Below are positions 26,101 through 41,100 of a DNA stretch of 64,000 bases, piece by piece (the first letter of the stretch is position 1; each line of letters starts with the position of its first letter). The translations under genes and the position numbers were made by a program. Source of the DNA: Ophelia neglecta (lineage: Eukaryota); contig OZ260662.1 in NCBI GenBank assembly GCA_965285935.1, positions 80,290,001 through 80,354,000 on the forward strand. The letters run 5' to 3'. Under the pieces are notes generated by a model. The model was not told the DNA's origin. It made no database searches and worked only from the letters and a program-made list of their open reading frames with translations.

Positions 26101-29100
26101 AAGCATACAAATAAAATGGAGGATTCCAAGCTTAATTTGTTCATACAATTAGTTCATTGAATTTTTTTTTTCTTTTTAGTTAACACACTTAATATACATT
26201 ACTGTTTTTGGTAGTCACAATACTTTTTTTTATACATATTATATCACATTTTTGCATCTCTGCTTGAATAATTATTCTTTTCAATTCATTTGTTGTTTAC
26301 AAGTAAATCATTTCAAACAAAATAAGCAAGATATGAGACTGGGTGTCCAATGGGGATGTCAATGAAAAACGGTTAGTAAGTAGGATCCAAGCAGGCAAAT
26401 AGAACATTAGCATATCATTGGGTTTGTGTGAACAAAGCAAATCATTAGGTAAGAAATTAAACCTAAAACAGTGTTTTATTTTTCTGCTGACCAACAATAA
26501 ATGACAACATAAATCAAAGTTATCTGCTTGTTCTTGTAACATTGCCATTACAGGGAATGGAATAGCTACCATGACTGAAATGATTGACTATCTCTTAACA
26601 CAGCAGTCAGTACAGGAAGGGATTTTTTATATGATGGTGTGTCTAGAAATCCAAATCATCAAGACAATCCTTGCACAGCTAGCTCCTTTGAGAAGGAGTC
26701 TACTGATAAAGTTAAGTTAAGAAGGTTCAGCGCTTTTTGTAATAAGATTACTTTGGTCAGAATGAACTATTACTCTTTTAAAAGACCAACATATGACAGC
26801 ATTTTTCAGTGGGGTGAACGGCCAGCTAATAAACAAAAGCTTATTTGCAGGTTTATAATTCCAATGAAGAACAGCACACTTAAGCTGCCAGGTTAGCCAC
26901 TGTCACGGAAAATGTTAATTACTGACTTTAAGTAATCATCATTTATTCACTCCAGCATTATATTATTACTAATTCATGTATTGAACCAAGACCTGCATGC
27001 CAATAGCCCACCACAATCTAATTAAAAGTGTTATCACACTGGTAGTGTTTAAATCACCCACTTACAGAGACAATGCATGTAACTGACTTTAATACCCAGT
27101 TGTCATGAGGTAATCCAGTCAACACTATACTAATTATCTGTCATGGGGTACAATGCATGTATGTATTAACATTATGATTTATTGCATTAAAAGAAGTTTT
27201 AATTTGATGGAAGGCACTGGACTGGAAGATGACATTCGAGCTTGGTTCAGAAATTGATTCCCTTCCTCTTGAAATGTAGATTTCCGTTTCACCTGGTGTA
27301 AATCAATCTTCAATTTTTTATGATTCCCTTTCCCCTGTAGCATTTGGTTTGCATGCCAAAATCTGACATCATGAACAACACCTAGCATTGCCAGTGTGTA
27401 AACTATAGTAAGCCTGCTAGCAACAACTTTATGGTACATGCATTGGTGTATAAAGAAACAGACCTACTTCATGGTAATATAGAATGTTGCCTTTTTGTTA
27501 TCACTTTAATTCTACTTGGTGTTTTAACAGCTTTTTATTTCCATCAGCTGTGGTAAAAGCTTTGTGGCAAAGCCATGGGGGATATTTTATAGCATCTTGG
27601 AAAGCACAAATAATTTAGCCAATGATTTTAGCCTGGCTGAGTCCTGCCATACCATTCAGCTAGCAGCAGAGGAGATATCACTTTTATTAGTCACTGTGCC
27701 ATCAGCAGAACAGCACATCTTGGGGAGTTAATGAACACCATGGAATCGGTGATGGTGTAGTTTTCTCCACATAATTACAGGGTGTTTTGTGTGGAGCCGT
27801 CGCAAGCGATCACCCGCAATCTGGCATTATGGGTAATCAATGGAGATAAAATGGTAGTAGGGTTGACGGAAAATGAACGGAACTCGTACATATTGGATTT
27901 TACATTGAGTGTAAAGTGGCAGGTTTGCATTTGGCCAGATTATGGGTTAGGGGGACAACAGCACAGCCATTTCATTGTATTGAAAACTGTCATTGCAATC
28001 TCATCATTTCCTTGCAGTTTGATTGGATGAACAAATTGAATTTTCTTTACTGACTGCCCAGGGCTTGAATTGTTGGCGTTTGTCACCTGCTCTTTATGGC
28101 TTTGTCAAGGTTTAATGTTGGGAAGACTCTTTAATGCTCTCTCTGATCTCCATTGATGTGCTTTTAAACATCTCAAGTAACCCAATAGATAAATTTATCC
28201 AACTCTGAATTATACTCAAATATTAATTTACTACTGCAATAGAATGATTATGGAATATTTGGGAATAGTGAAAAGAAAAAAGAAAAAAATATGGCTATAA
28301 AAATGGCAGAAGCTTGTTGAATGCTAAACTTTTGGGAAAGTATAATGTCGACTTCTAATATACCATGTTCTGTCATACTGCCAGCCAGTAAGTCAATCTG
28401 GAAGGTGTGCTCTAATATGCAATTAGATGGGTGGTTGATCTCGTTAAGAGATGGCTGTATCACTTGCAATATCTTGTCCCAGCACCCCATCAAAATGCTG
28501 GCAATCTATGACTTCTGCCTTCTCTGACCCTTTCTGCTAACTCATCCAGCTCAACTGCTCAGATAAGGTTTCTCATTTCTCCCTCAGACAGCCCACTGCA
28601 GGGAATATGGTGGCCATGCAGACAGCTCCTATCTCAGTTATATGGGCACAATCATCTGTCTATTAGCATCAGAAGAGGTCTGGTGGCCAGTCACACCCTA
28701 CACAGGCTAGCCAGCCTAGATCTGTCTACACACTTCTACTCCTCTCTGATAATTGATGGAGCCAGGGCAAATTCACTTGGGTTGCTGTGGTTATCAAAAC
28801 AAACTCCAAAATATGCTGAAAATTAGCACACTACTGGCACTGTTGGTAACACTCAAGGTAACCCAATCTGGGAGCTTTCATTTCTCACTGACTACACATT
28901 TCAACAAGCAACATATGCTATGAATTTATCGCAAAAAAATTGCAGAACATAGAGGGTTTGCCACACATGAAGCTGAAATATCACAGTTAACCCAGCCTAC
29001 ACAGGACTGAATTCTGGCTTGGTGACTACACATAGATAGTTGTAGATTCTCTCATCCTGCTGAGCACTGCTGTCTGAAAACTCCCAAATGAATTGCCGAT

Positions 29101-32100
29101 GGGCATTGCAGCTAACAAGTAGATTACAATTCCCTGAGCTGGTTGCATTCCTGGCCTTGCCAGCCGGCAGAGCAGCAAGGCTGGCTGGATAAGACCGGAT
29201 GGTAGGAGTGGATTGCCTGTGTCTGCTGCTTCCAGTCTGAACACATTAGCAATAGCCTGGCACATTACAGTTGTATCTCAGGCAGCAAATTAACAATCAA
29301 TACCTCATCCTGGATCACAAACCAGCCACCATAATTAACCACTGGTGAATATTGCACTGGGGGTCAGGCAATGGTGATAAGACTGATGTGCACTGAGGTC
29401 AGGGGTCAGCTATGACGGGTGGTGGGGTGAGGACATCAGAGGGAAGGGCAAGGGGCGGGAGCATGGGCACTAGGCAGCTGCACAAACCACACACCGCTCA
29501 CCACATTCAACATGGCCTCCAGCACCAGCTTACTCTTTATAGGCTACAATTTGTTTGAAAGCTGAATACTGAATGACCCTTAGCAAACAATGGGTCAGAG
29601 TCTTAAAGGTGCCTGTCAGGCTGTCTGAAGATAAGGAAATTGACAGAGCAAAACATCCCAATCTGTGTCTAACACTATACCCAGATTGATGTAAATATAA
29701 ACATGGCAGTGAAAATCAATTCCTCAATCAGAGCAGTAACCTTCAGACTGTGTCAGGAGCTGGTTGCTGGCTGCCGCCAGTGGTGAACAATGGATGTGTG
29801 GGGAGGCATATGGTATTGACAAGTGGGTATGTAGGAAGTGATCGAGGAATGCACATGAGAGTGCCCTGCTAATCTAGATCAAATCAAGATGGATTTCAAT
29901 CACAATATCACAAGCAGAGTACAGCAGCTTCCTGAAATATTTCCGCAAGAATTTCCATTATATTGATTGATTGTGGCATTAGTTGGCTTTGGGTGGAGTG
30001 GGGTGTTCAGCTTGGGCAAGATCTAGTAACAAAATACACTACATTAACTTGCCCTTTTACCAACAGTTCTGGGACAAAAACCCTAATTTTTGCCTTCAGT
30101 TTCTCCAATTATGAGTTAGTAACCAATTATGAGTTAGTAAGCAGTTGAGTGTCTTCTGGAAATTCCAATTTGCGTGCACTCTATTTCCAGACTAGACAAA
30201 TATCACCATCTTAAATATGCATGCTTCAAAGCGTTTTTTTTTTATCACAGAAAAAGCTCACTTTGATCTGCCCCTGCATTAAGTACTCCGACAACAGAGG
30301 CTTGAAATGCCAAATCCTTGATAAATATTGAAGTCCATTTGCCATATTTTTCTATTACCCATGGCAAATGTGTGCTCCATGCCCTGTTAATATTGTGAGC
30401 TTCATTGATGGGGTTTTATTATGTAGATCTGTGTAAAAGCTCTAAATAATAATTGGTGGTGTTTAGTTATATAAAAACTGGTAATTTATATAGCATGACT
30501 GTATTGAATAAAGTGAGCCAGTACTATGAAATTATCAGCACATAGACAAGATTTCCTGACCTTTAAACAAGTGTTTTATTATTAGAAAAATGTTCATGTA
30601 AATCAGTATAAAAATTAACCCTCTCTTAGGTTTGGTTTCACTAGCAAACCACTCCAACCAAAAATTGCTACAAAGGTTGGCTATCAATCTTGGGATTTTT
30701 TTGTTCCACAAAATTGCATTAGTATTGATCAAGTGGCAAATGAGCTCAGCTGTAATATATGTCTGATAATTCATTTATGCCAAATCACTATGCAGAATGG
30801 CCAAGGCACATCAGTGAGGAGGGTTATCGACAGGGATGTCAGGGCAACCAAGACCAACTTGCCACTGGACCAACCCCCACAGTTATCAATAATCAGGCTG
30901 AAATCAAGCCTGAAACCATTGTGTCTACTAATGTAGACATCTCTGAACAATGCAGCCTCTCTTCCCTGCTGTGCTGCCCAGCCACTGTGAGCCAGAGGCA
31001 TGATTTGTCAAGCTCTTACCTAATCAATAACTAATATCATTTAGCATATTAGGGTGATATTCCTCCTGACTCAAGCAGCACATTGATAGGGCAGCGAAGG
31101 ATTGGAATCAATACCAAGATAAATAAGCGGATCAGAAAGAGCTGCCTAAACATGAAAATCATGTTCACTGGCGTGCACTTGTGGGGCAATCAACTAGCGA
31201 TGGCAGGCATTGCACAGCAACCCAGGTTCTGACTACCACAGCAAACTGCCCAGTGAGCTAGCCTGCCACAGTCAATCTCCTAGAGTGAATTCACCACCAC
31301 AGACTAGCTGGTACAGTGGATAAATGCCGAGGCCAGTTAGGCTGAACCATGGCAGGGGTAAACCTGCAATGGGACTATGGCGGGTAAAAGCTGCTGTAAT
31401 GCTGGCTGTCCAACACTGGTGGAGATCAACTACCACGGGTGAAAGGTGCTCCACATCCCTACAAGGGCCACCTCATTTATATGCTTGTCACAAACAGAGG
31501 GGAGAGTGGCTAATTCAATATATCCAATACATGTGGATGACCTGGCAGTGGGGATATATTAAACAGATAGAACCCATCTAGAAATGTGTATGGGAAAACA
31601 TTCAAAAGTGGCATTCAAAAGTGATGGTAGACAACTGAAGAAAAGCCACTGTCAGGAGTGACCAGTAGTATGCAAGAATCAATGCCACAATGTGGAGGTG
31701 GTCATTTGTTGATAGTGATATTGAGGCAGTCAAGAGTTATTATCGATTCACTAATGATGTTCAAGTCTGCCTGTTAATTAAACTTTATAGGCTTGCATTT
31801 TTATTATTAATATGGGGATAAAAACTAATAAAATTTAATCAGCATATACAGAAAGTCATTTAGTAGTTATAACTGTTGCCATGATGCTTGTTCAGGAAAT
31901 ATGAAGCCATTGGTATATTTGATGGGGATAGAACATTTGATGGGTCTTTTGACTGTATGAGTAATTTGAGTTGATGGCTATGGTGTGAATATGATATGAA
32001 GGTTTATTAAGCTAGTGGGTGTATTAATTCCTGACATGAGGTTGTAGTGGCAATCTGATAGTGAGTGGAGACACCAGGAGATGGGGGTTCAGCAGGGAGG

Positions 32101-35100
32101 ATACTTACTTCAGTGAGGACACTGGGAAGGTGTCAGAGACATCTGAACTGAACAGCTCACGTTCCTTTATCACCGGGTCCTTTATCACCAATTCTTGACC
32201 AGAATCTGTAGAGAAAAAAATCAATTCATTAGGCATAACAACTTAAAATTCAAACAACACAATAGCAATAACATATGGGTATTGTCAGTCATGTCTTATT
32301 ACACTGCTGGTAAATGGTGCTATGTCACTGCAGGTTAAATCACTCTAAAATGTTTTGGCATGAACAAGTATAAACCTTGCATGCAAAACTTACTGGTTGG
32401 CACATATATCCACCTGTTCTTGGGATTGTTTGCAGAGAAATCTTGGCAGAGGCTATGTCAGTTTGAGAAGAACAGATTAGAGTGTTAGGTGGGCCTGGTG
32501 AGGGATGAGTGAGGATAGACAGAGTGCCCAGTATCTCATTAGGACCATCTCTGGGCTGACCTCCAGGCTGCCTTTGGGCTGGCAGCAATATGCAGTGATT
32601 TATTCACATGGTCCTGCCCACAACCAAGCAGCATCCCTCACATCCTTGCTGATAAAATCCCTCTGCCATAGGGTGAGAAGCTCCCACCCTGCATGTTTTC
32701 TCACCAAAGCAGGAGAGTAGGATAGCCCAGTGAAGATTAGAAGCTTTATATTCAACATTGTCCTGTTTATATACATGTATATTCAAGAGAGTCCGGATAG
32801 GTTTCAACTGGCTACATAGTGGTAGCGCTTGTTATGTATGATCATGGCACATAGACTCCTCACGTTTTCATTGGCTGGCCTATCATCTTACTTTACACAC
32901 ACTCTCGCAGTAAACCTAACATTTCCGCCAGCTCCTTGTTACTGGAAAAGAAGTCTGGTGAATTTCTTCATCTGAACAACAGCAAAGGAGAGAGAGCATA
33001 ACACGCATACACACAGCTAGTGCGGCAATCACAGGAAATTTTAAAGGAACAAACGGAGGAAATGGCAAGCTGGGAAGGCAGCAATGGCTCAATAGCTCAG
33101 GGCTGCTGCATAACAAGGAGGCCTTGATTGACAAGCCTCCAGTGAATACAGAAAACACATTCATGCTTAAAATGTCCGATCAGGCTAAATTGGATTATTT
33201 TCTCTCTGTCAAACAGGCAAATTCATCTCTGCAGAGAGTTGGAGCATAAAATCAACCACAGATCTCTCAGCAATGATTCAGATGAATACACACAAAACAT
33301 CAGGGGTAGACACCCTTTGGCAGGCTAGCAGCATGATGGAAAAAAATCATTCTCTGTCACATCAATTAGGGAGCTCTGTGTTTTAAACCGAGCTAATTTC
33401 CAAGAAAAATGGCAATAAATCATTATTTTAGAACTACCTAAAAGAGGTTGGATTAATTTCATGTCTATTTTATCATGGCCCCAATCTACCCATCAATAGA
33501 TTACACATCTCTGCCCAACCATAGAGGGCCACTTGACAAAGAATAGGCGTCTATTGCAAGCACCTTATGCATGCAGCATTATAACACTTCAGGCAAAGTT
33601 CAAATATTTGACAAAATCTCCACTGTGTCAGTAACTGGTAAAGGTTATTTAGCAAATTGCACCGTCATAGAACAGCCCTTTGAAAGTGATGTCAATCAGT
33701 ATGCCTCTGAATTAAATCTGAGTTAGTTGTTTTTCTGTTGATTTACTATACATACTTGTTCATGTAAACAGCATTCAGGTCTAACAGGGTCAGAATCAAA
33801 CACTGACTGTGGTATCATGACTTTCAAATTCCACAATTCTTCAAAACAGAACCATTTCAAATCAAAAAATATATTCAATATAATTTTGCAAGAGCAAATT
33901 TCTATTGAGTATTTAGTAAATGTGTGTATGGCATGGTGTTGACAGGGGAGTATGTGCTGTAAGCTAGCTAAATCCATTAAGCTATTACTGAGAGCCCCTA
34001 TTTCGAAGCTGAATGGCCATATTGAATATTCCCAACCCAAATAGAAATCAACATTTAAAATATTATCATATCATATTATGCTACCAATACTTTCTTTTTA
34101 TATTCTGGCATAATACATTGTGGTGTAAACAATTTGTTGGGGTATACAACAAAACTGACATCTATAACATCAAAAGCAGATATCACTGATAGAATTTTTG
34201 TTTCTGGCTCTTATTGAAATAAGCTGGCAATCAGTTGGATTGATGGCTGATGCATGGACCATAATAAATACATTCAAAAGACACACAGTTAAGATAGTGC
34301 TATGTGGCTAAATAAAAGGTTATGCCTATATTTCGTATTCTGAATGTAAAAGATTAAATGTCAATCTGTTTGAAAGAAAATTTTGGCAATGCAGGTGTTT
34401 CTTATCACAAAACAAAGTTTTTGCTTGGAAGAGCTTCTTGTCAGTAAAAGTGAGCCAAAGAAATCACATCCAATGTTTTTAGTGCAAAATTGTTTTTAAT
34501 TTTTTGTTTTCTTTTTGATGTCATACTGATACCAATGAAAATACAGCTTCATTAGTTCGAAAGGTTATCCTCGGATGCAGTGTAATTCCTATACCTAAAA
34601 ATGCATGTTGTTGATTAGCATTAGAAAGTTCAGCACACATTCTTCAACCATAAAATATATAGGAACACTATAGACATGATTCTACCTCTATTAAGACAAC
34701 CTTACTTGATTATTGGGAAAATAAATGCACATATATATTTTTTTGCAAATAAGGTTACTTTTTTAAGGTCATTTTTTTGGTATCTTATAAAATGTTTTCA
34801 GGAAGTTTGTGCTCTTTTTCTATTTAGTAAGTTACAATTTATCATGACTTGTGTCTTTTTCGATCAATGTTTTGATCAAGTGTAATGAATTGAATATCTG
34901 TTTGTAGGGCACTCATGGGCAACTAGATGGTCCCGGGAAATTGCCAAAGTACCTAAGGGCAGTAGTCTGAGATACAGTTTTTCTGCCACTTAATACTTCC
35001 TTGTTTAAAAGCCCTGGTGGTGTCTGAATTAAAATGTTCTTACTATTATCAATGCTGGCAATGATGCATGTACAAGCCATCTTCATCTTTCTAATGAGTA

Positions 35101-38100
35101 ACAGGTTGCACAGGAGTAAAATAATATAAAAAATGGTTACACAATGGGTTTTTTAAGGATGTCACTCGCAGGTACATGTATGTTTTTGTGTATTACATTA
35201 TGTATAACACAAGTTTGGGCTTTGAGGCAAGTATAATCAGAATATCACCCCTGGGATTTTCTGGAGCGTGCACTCATTAGGCACCTAAATGTACATGTAT
35301 GTGTTGTAGTCGTGTACATTTACAGTGCTGAATGTGTAAAAAAAAAATCAAGTTTTCTATACTTAACGACATACCAAACACTACATAACCAGTGTTATCT
35401 TCACATAACAGAAAGAATTCAAGGCTTAAAGCAGGGAACACATTAAGAAAGGTTCAATTCCAGAGGTTAATTCATGGTTTAAATGAACAGTGGTGTGATG
35501 ATTAGAAAAATGCCCTGCTTTTGTTCTATGATACTGAAGTGTTTAATTATTAACAGTGGATCGATGGCTGATGGTGGGCGGCATGCGTGGCCATTGTAAT
35601 CCTATTAGGCAACACATCACTCTGTGTCATTTGTAACAAGTGAATAGGAAAGGGTCGACACTCTCCGCTATGCCCATTATTTACCAATTCATAGGGGCCA
35701 TTGCAGGCATGCCAGCATTTAAATTAAATATCCCTATTATTATTCAGAGTACTTTCATAGATGTTTTACATTTAAGTTGATAAATTGCTTAAAGTATAAC
35801 ATGTCTCATTTGGTATGTCTTTGAGGCTTGATGAAAGTCACCACTATTCTTAAGGCATGTATGATTGTCCCAGTAGTATGTCTCCAAAATTAACAGGAAA
35901 GAAACACTTTTAAACTGTATAGGTGTTGGTGAGCCAAAGCGGGAAGACAAAAATCCTAATATCAGAAAATACTAACCAAAGATAATATTTTGAAATGGTA
36001 AATTATGTTAAATTTATAGAACTGAGAATCAGCTGCAATGTTATTCATTCTACTATATGACAGGCCAATAAATTAATTGTCATGAGAGTATCATTGTTCA
36101 GATCTTGTTATATTGTACAAAATGTTTTATAAATTCTTGTTACATTTCAATTTATTCACAGTGCATAATAAAATGTACAAATCACTATGAGGACTCACCA
36201 GTTACCATAGAAGAGGACTAGTTTACAGTAACATAACAGGTACAATGGCCTTGTTCACCTACACTCCAGCACTATGCACACAACCTTGCAACTCATGTCC
36301 TTGTTAAGCAATATAATTGACAAAGCTTTCTTTCAAAAGATAGTTTATAGTTTTTGTTGGTGGGAACCATCACATTTAAGTGGTGATATTATGGATATTA
36401 CATATTCTGTTGGCATATCATTCAACATAGACTCTTGATCAACCTAATCAAAGATCACAAAATAAGTGCTATCCAACAAGACCATCTTGCCCCCTTGTAG
36501 CCCTGTCAACACCCACATAATGATATATCAGTGAGATAAAGTGCTAGCTGGCCCTAGTCTCAAGCACTAGATTTATGAAACAATACTCTATCCATTTCAT
36601 CTTCACAGCAATGCAATGCTATCAGGCTATCAGCAAAGGCAAGAATGATAATTTATCACTACTTTTATTTATCAACTCATGTTATCAGTGTTTGGACTAC
36701 TGTCTGTATCTCTGCTATAGGTCTTTGGGCACACAATACCAGGGTTGGATGAGGCCCACATAGCTTAGATACACAAGTATGCTGGAGCACTGTCCCATAA
36801 AAAACCAGACTGATAATGCTTGGGAGTTGTAGCAACTAATATGATATGTTTATCAATGTCTATCTCTGCATCTCTGAGATCATGACATCAGGCATCACAT
36901 GTAAAAGGGCAAGCTACTCAGCTGAGAGGTCAAAGAAAAACAGAAGACTAATCTCTTGGCAAGCATGCAATTATTAGGTAGGACATTTCAGAAGTGATTT
37001 GGTGCATCATTAACAGAGAGGTATTAAAGTGGCGTGGAAAATCCCAGGCCATTCTGCAGACAGGTTAATGAAGAGGGGGAGGGGCAAATAAATAGGCCAG
37101 AGGCTGGCAAAATGGCAAAGTGGAATGAGAAAACATCCAAAATGTTCGCCCCGGATGGATGTCAGTGGCCTGCATAGCTACCACACACTGACCTTCCACT
37201 CTCTCAATCTTACTAAATCATCATCACCCTATTCAATAGCAACACACAGCAATAAATGCTGCCAAGCTCCCTCTCATGAAACAAGGTCTGGTGAAGGCAG
37301 TTGGATCTTTTTTACACATTAGCAGAACATTTTCTCAACAGCATTTCCTGCATCTCCCTTGGTAAATCAGAGTGAGCTAGGTCAGTACAGTAACCCATAG
37401 GTCACACAAAAATCTTGCTAGCATAACTGGCAGGGAAATCAGAACCACACACAGCAGATTAGAAGCAGAGATTGGCTCCCCAGTGGTATTTGTAGAGGCT
37501 GGCATAGTGCTGGCATAATGGCAAGTTACCACCATAGTTTCCAAGCCACAGTAAACATCAGCTCACAGTGTGTATTCTGATAGTGATAAGACAGCTCTGC
37601 CTAGCAGCATACAGCTCTGGCTGTTACCAGCAGGTCAGGACTGAGCCACACTTGATTTCTAACCTGTGATGAAAATGATGTACAACACATGTTTCCTGGC
37701 TATTTTCATGGACATGGAAAGTAGCTAATAAGGACCGAAACAGGCACTAGACTCCTACATTAATGTTTACAGCATTAGATGTTGATATCTTAGTGCTGTA
37801 AGTACATTTAAATGTTGGTGCATAGCTCAGGGCAAATTGGTGGCTTCTAAGTAGAAAGGCCCACATCCATACATCTTGCAACAAATGAGAGAGTGCCACT
37901 GAGAGTGATATGTGAGCACAACAATGAGATGGCTGTTATATGGCCAGCATCAAGGAAGTGAGATGGCCAGCATCAAGGGGTCATTTGGAGCAGGGCTGAC
38001 ATGGCTGCTGTTGGTGGGCAGGAAGAAGGCTGGATTGCTGGCAGACTTCTCTGCAAGGGGGCACAGTGGGTCATCACCCAGTTGATCCAGCATTACTCAA

Positions 38101-41100
38101 CAGCAATGACATTGCTGGCACTAGCCCCTGGTGCATGGCAGGCCAATGAATATTTCATCACTACACAGACAATTGCTCGCTCTGGTAAGGTAATTTCAGA
38201 CTAACATTATTTGGTTGATAACAGTACAATGGGATGTCAAACTACCTTGGAATGCTGTACTTCAAGACATGTTGACTTACACATTCACAACCAGGAATCA
38301 TAGAGCAATCTGTTAATTGCATTAGCAACTTTGGACTTCCCAATCAGCCACCAACTCATTATCAGCTCATTAACAAACACCACACAGTCTATAGAAACAA
38401 ATCTGCCAGTCACAATACCTAGTGTGTTTGATTAATCAGACAATGTGTAAGCAGTCCCTGGCATAAGCAATCATTGATATTTGTTTAATGTACTTGGTGT
38501 GTTGAACAAAAGGCCCTAGTAAACAAATAATTCATTCTAGTAAACAGCCTGATCACAGTGAGGCTAAGTAAGCTGATGACTTACCATCAAACTTATGTAG
38601 CTTTTATAAAACCATTATGAGTTTTAGTGGCACACCTGTATAGTTCACTGAATAATTGTTTATACATATAATTCCAGGTAGTCCAATCCACAGGCCTTTG
38701 AATGTCAATTTGAATTCACCTCCACCCATTATTCCTCAATGTACTGAACACATTCCCTGGTTGTGTGGATTGTATGCAAAGCAAATAAAGGGTATGTGCC
38801 ATATTGCCAATGAGATACAGACAAGGTATCCACCCCATTCTAATTTCCACTTCGACTAATAGTGTATCCAGTTGACATTATCTTTGTATTGTTTTCACTG
38901 CTTTTCATGCATAAAGAACAGGTTTTGCCATAACATTTGAAAGAGTTTCATGCTTGTGGGCTATTTATTATCTGTTTTAATCATACCAGTGTGGGAAGCA
39001 TGATGGGGACAAAATTGTTATAGTTGACGCTTGACTTGTGTGCTTTTCTCTATGCGTATATTCATTTCCTCTTTTCATAATACTACATGAACATCACATT
39101 ACTTCCATTACCAATTTATACCTTTGTCATCACTGACAATTTGCTAACAAGTAAAAAATACTGGGAGAAACCAGAAAACCAATTTATGAATTGCTCACTT
39201 GACAAATACTCCTAGGTTTTGAGGCAATATTCTGGACAGTGTGAATGCAAAACAAATCCCTGTAGCCTAAAGTGCTGGTGAATTTTGGCAATTGGCAATC
39301 TTCGTCTGACCTTTTCTTTCTACATACAAACCCAGTCTGGTCTCGTCTGGGATGTGATGCACATTCCAACCAGTAATATAGTGAATGAATGTACCTGTGA
39401 TATCCCCTTCTACACTCAGAGCTTTGAGTATACACACTCATCCTATCAATTCTAAAACGATCTTATACAGACGGTTATAGAGAGGCTACCAGTTTGCAAG
39501 GCAGATGTCACAGATGCCACACCACATCAATAAAATAACCATATTAGACGAATATCTATGCAGTAAGTTTGCTCTCATGTGACTTTTTGTCATTTTTCTC
39601 TTCTCCGGAAAGGCCTATGAACAATGTGATAGCACACTACAGGGCATTAAAGCAAAATCAATACACCGGTTGAACATGATCCAATCTACTGAGCTATGCT
39701 CTCAATAGGCACCAATGTGAAATCCCACTTAGCTTTTTAAATGAGTTTAGGTCAATACCTAAATGAACCACAAGTGACAGACAGTCATGCTACCATAGGA
39801 AACAAAGCAGCCAAATTTAAGGAAATTACGAAGCCTATTAGCACAGGTTTTGCGTTAAAAGTTGACGAGTTGGCAAGATCCGGTGAACACAAAATGGCCC
39901 CTATCATTATCTATGGCCAGCCTGTCTCTCCTAGACTCACTCAAGCTTGAGTGTGATTGAAGAGCCTTGGGTCCCACATTCAAATTAGCAATGCTCTCTT
40001 GCTGTTAGCTTTACATTCAAATCACAGTGCTGCTGGCAATAGACTTCAGGTGCTATGGGGAGGAAATATATCTTTAGAAGGACATAGATGCTGCCTTGAA
40101 GTTAAGTAAATCAGGATGTAAGGCTGACACCCCAACCGGCGTTTTGGAAGGCAGTGGCAAGCAGCCACCATCTGTATCTGTACTGGTCTATCACTGTATT
40201 GACAGGCAGTGCACAAAGCAATAGCCTTACTTGCCTACCACCGACTACCCTCCGCTAGGGATAACAATTTCAACATAAACTCACCTCTCAATAGATTTCA
40301 CTTAGCCTGACCAAATCCATGGCCAAGACACACCCTTCCGACTACCATACATTGTGATGGGAAAGTTCAGAAACTCTTTGATTGTCAAAAGTCAGCCATA
40401 GAATTTCCAACAAAAATCCTACAAGAAGGTTCATATTCAAGCTACCGCCATGATGCCACAAACCAGGCCATGTGTCCGTTTGTAACAAGTGCTTTCATTG
40501 GTCCACTGGTAAGGGTTTTGCACCATTGGACCAATGATAAGCCACATAACACTTAATACCACTTCACAGCGCAGACTTCACTAGACTATGTTTACAATAG
40601 GGATCTATATAAATCAATGTGCTGATAAAACCGTATACTCCACTCTACACATGTTTGCCTAAACATCTTACAATGGCACATGATTAATTCCCCAAGCTGG
40701 TTTTCCAACATACTAGGAGAGAAGGTAACATGACCTTCCACTGGCATTCTATCCAACAAAAAACCACCAACATTTATATTGTACCAAACTTGTCCGCCTA
40801 CAGTGCTAAGAAAGACTAGCAATGCTAAATGGTGATTCACCTGTGAATATTACCTCAAACTGGAGACAACTCTGAAATTTCCATGTAAAAGTTATGATGT
40901 TTGTAGATAAAACTGAAGGAGTGAAATAAACAATTTTCACTCCTTCAGAAACCTACAAAAAGAAGTTGAGATGTACAATGAAAAACAGGCCTGCAACTGA
41001 TTAACCAGTTATAAGTTTCCTGCTGTGATTGAATAGAAGACATACTATAGCCCATGGTTGACTGTGCAAAGAAGATGTAATGGGTCAAATGATCAGCACA

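Noticed and set aside
39938-39953. Perfect 16-bp palindrome CACTCAAGCTTGAGTG
   Set aside because: About one is expected by chance in 64 kb; noted only as part of the hairpin cluster
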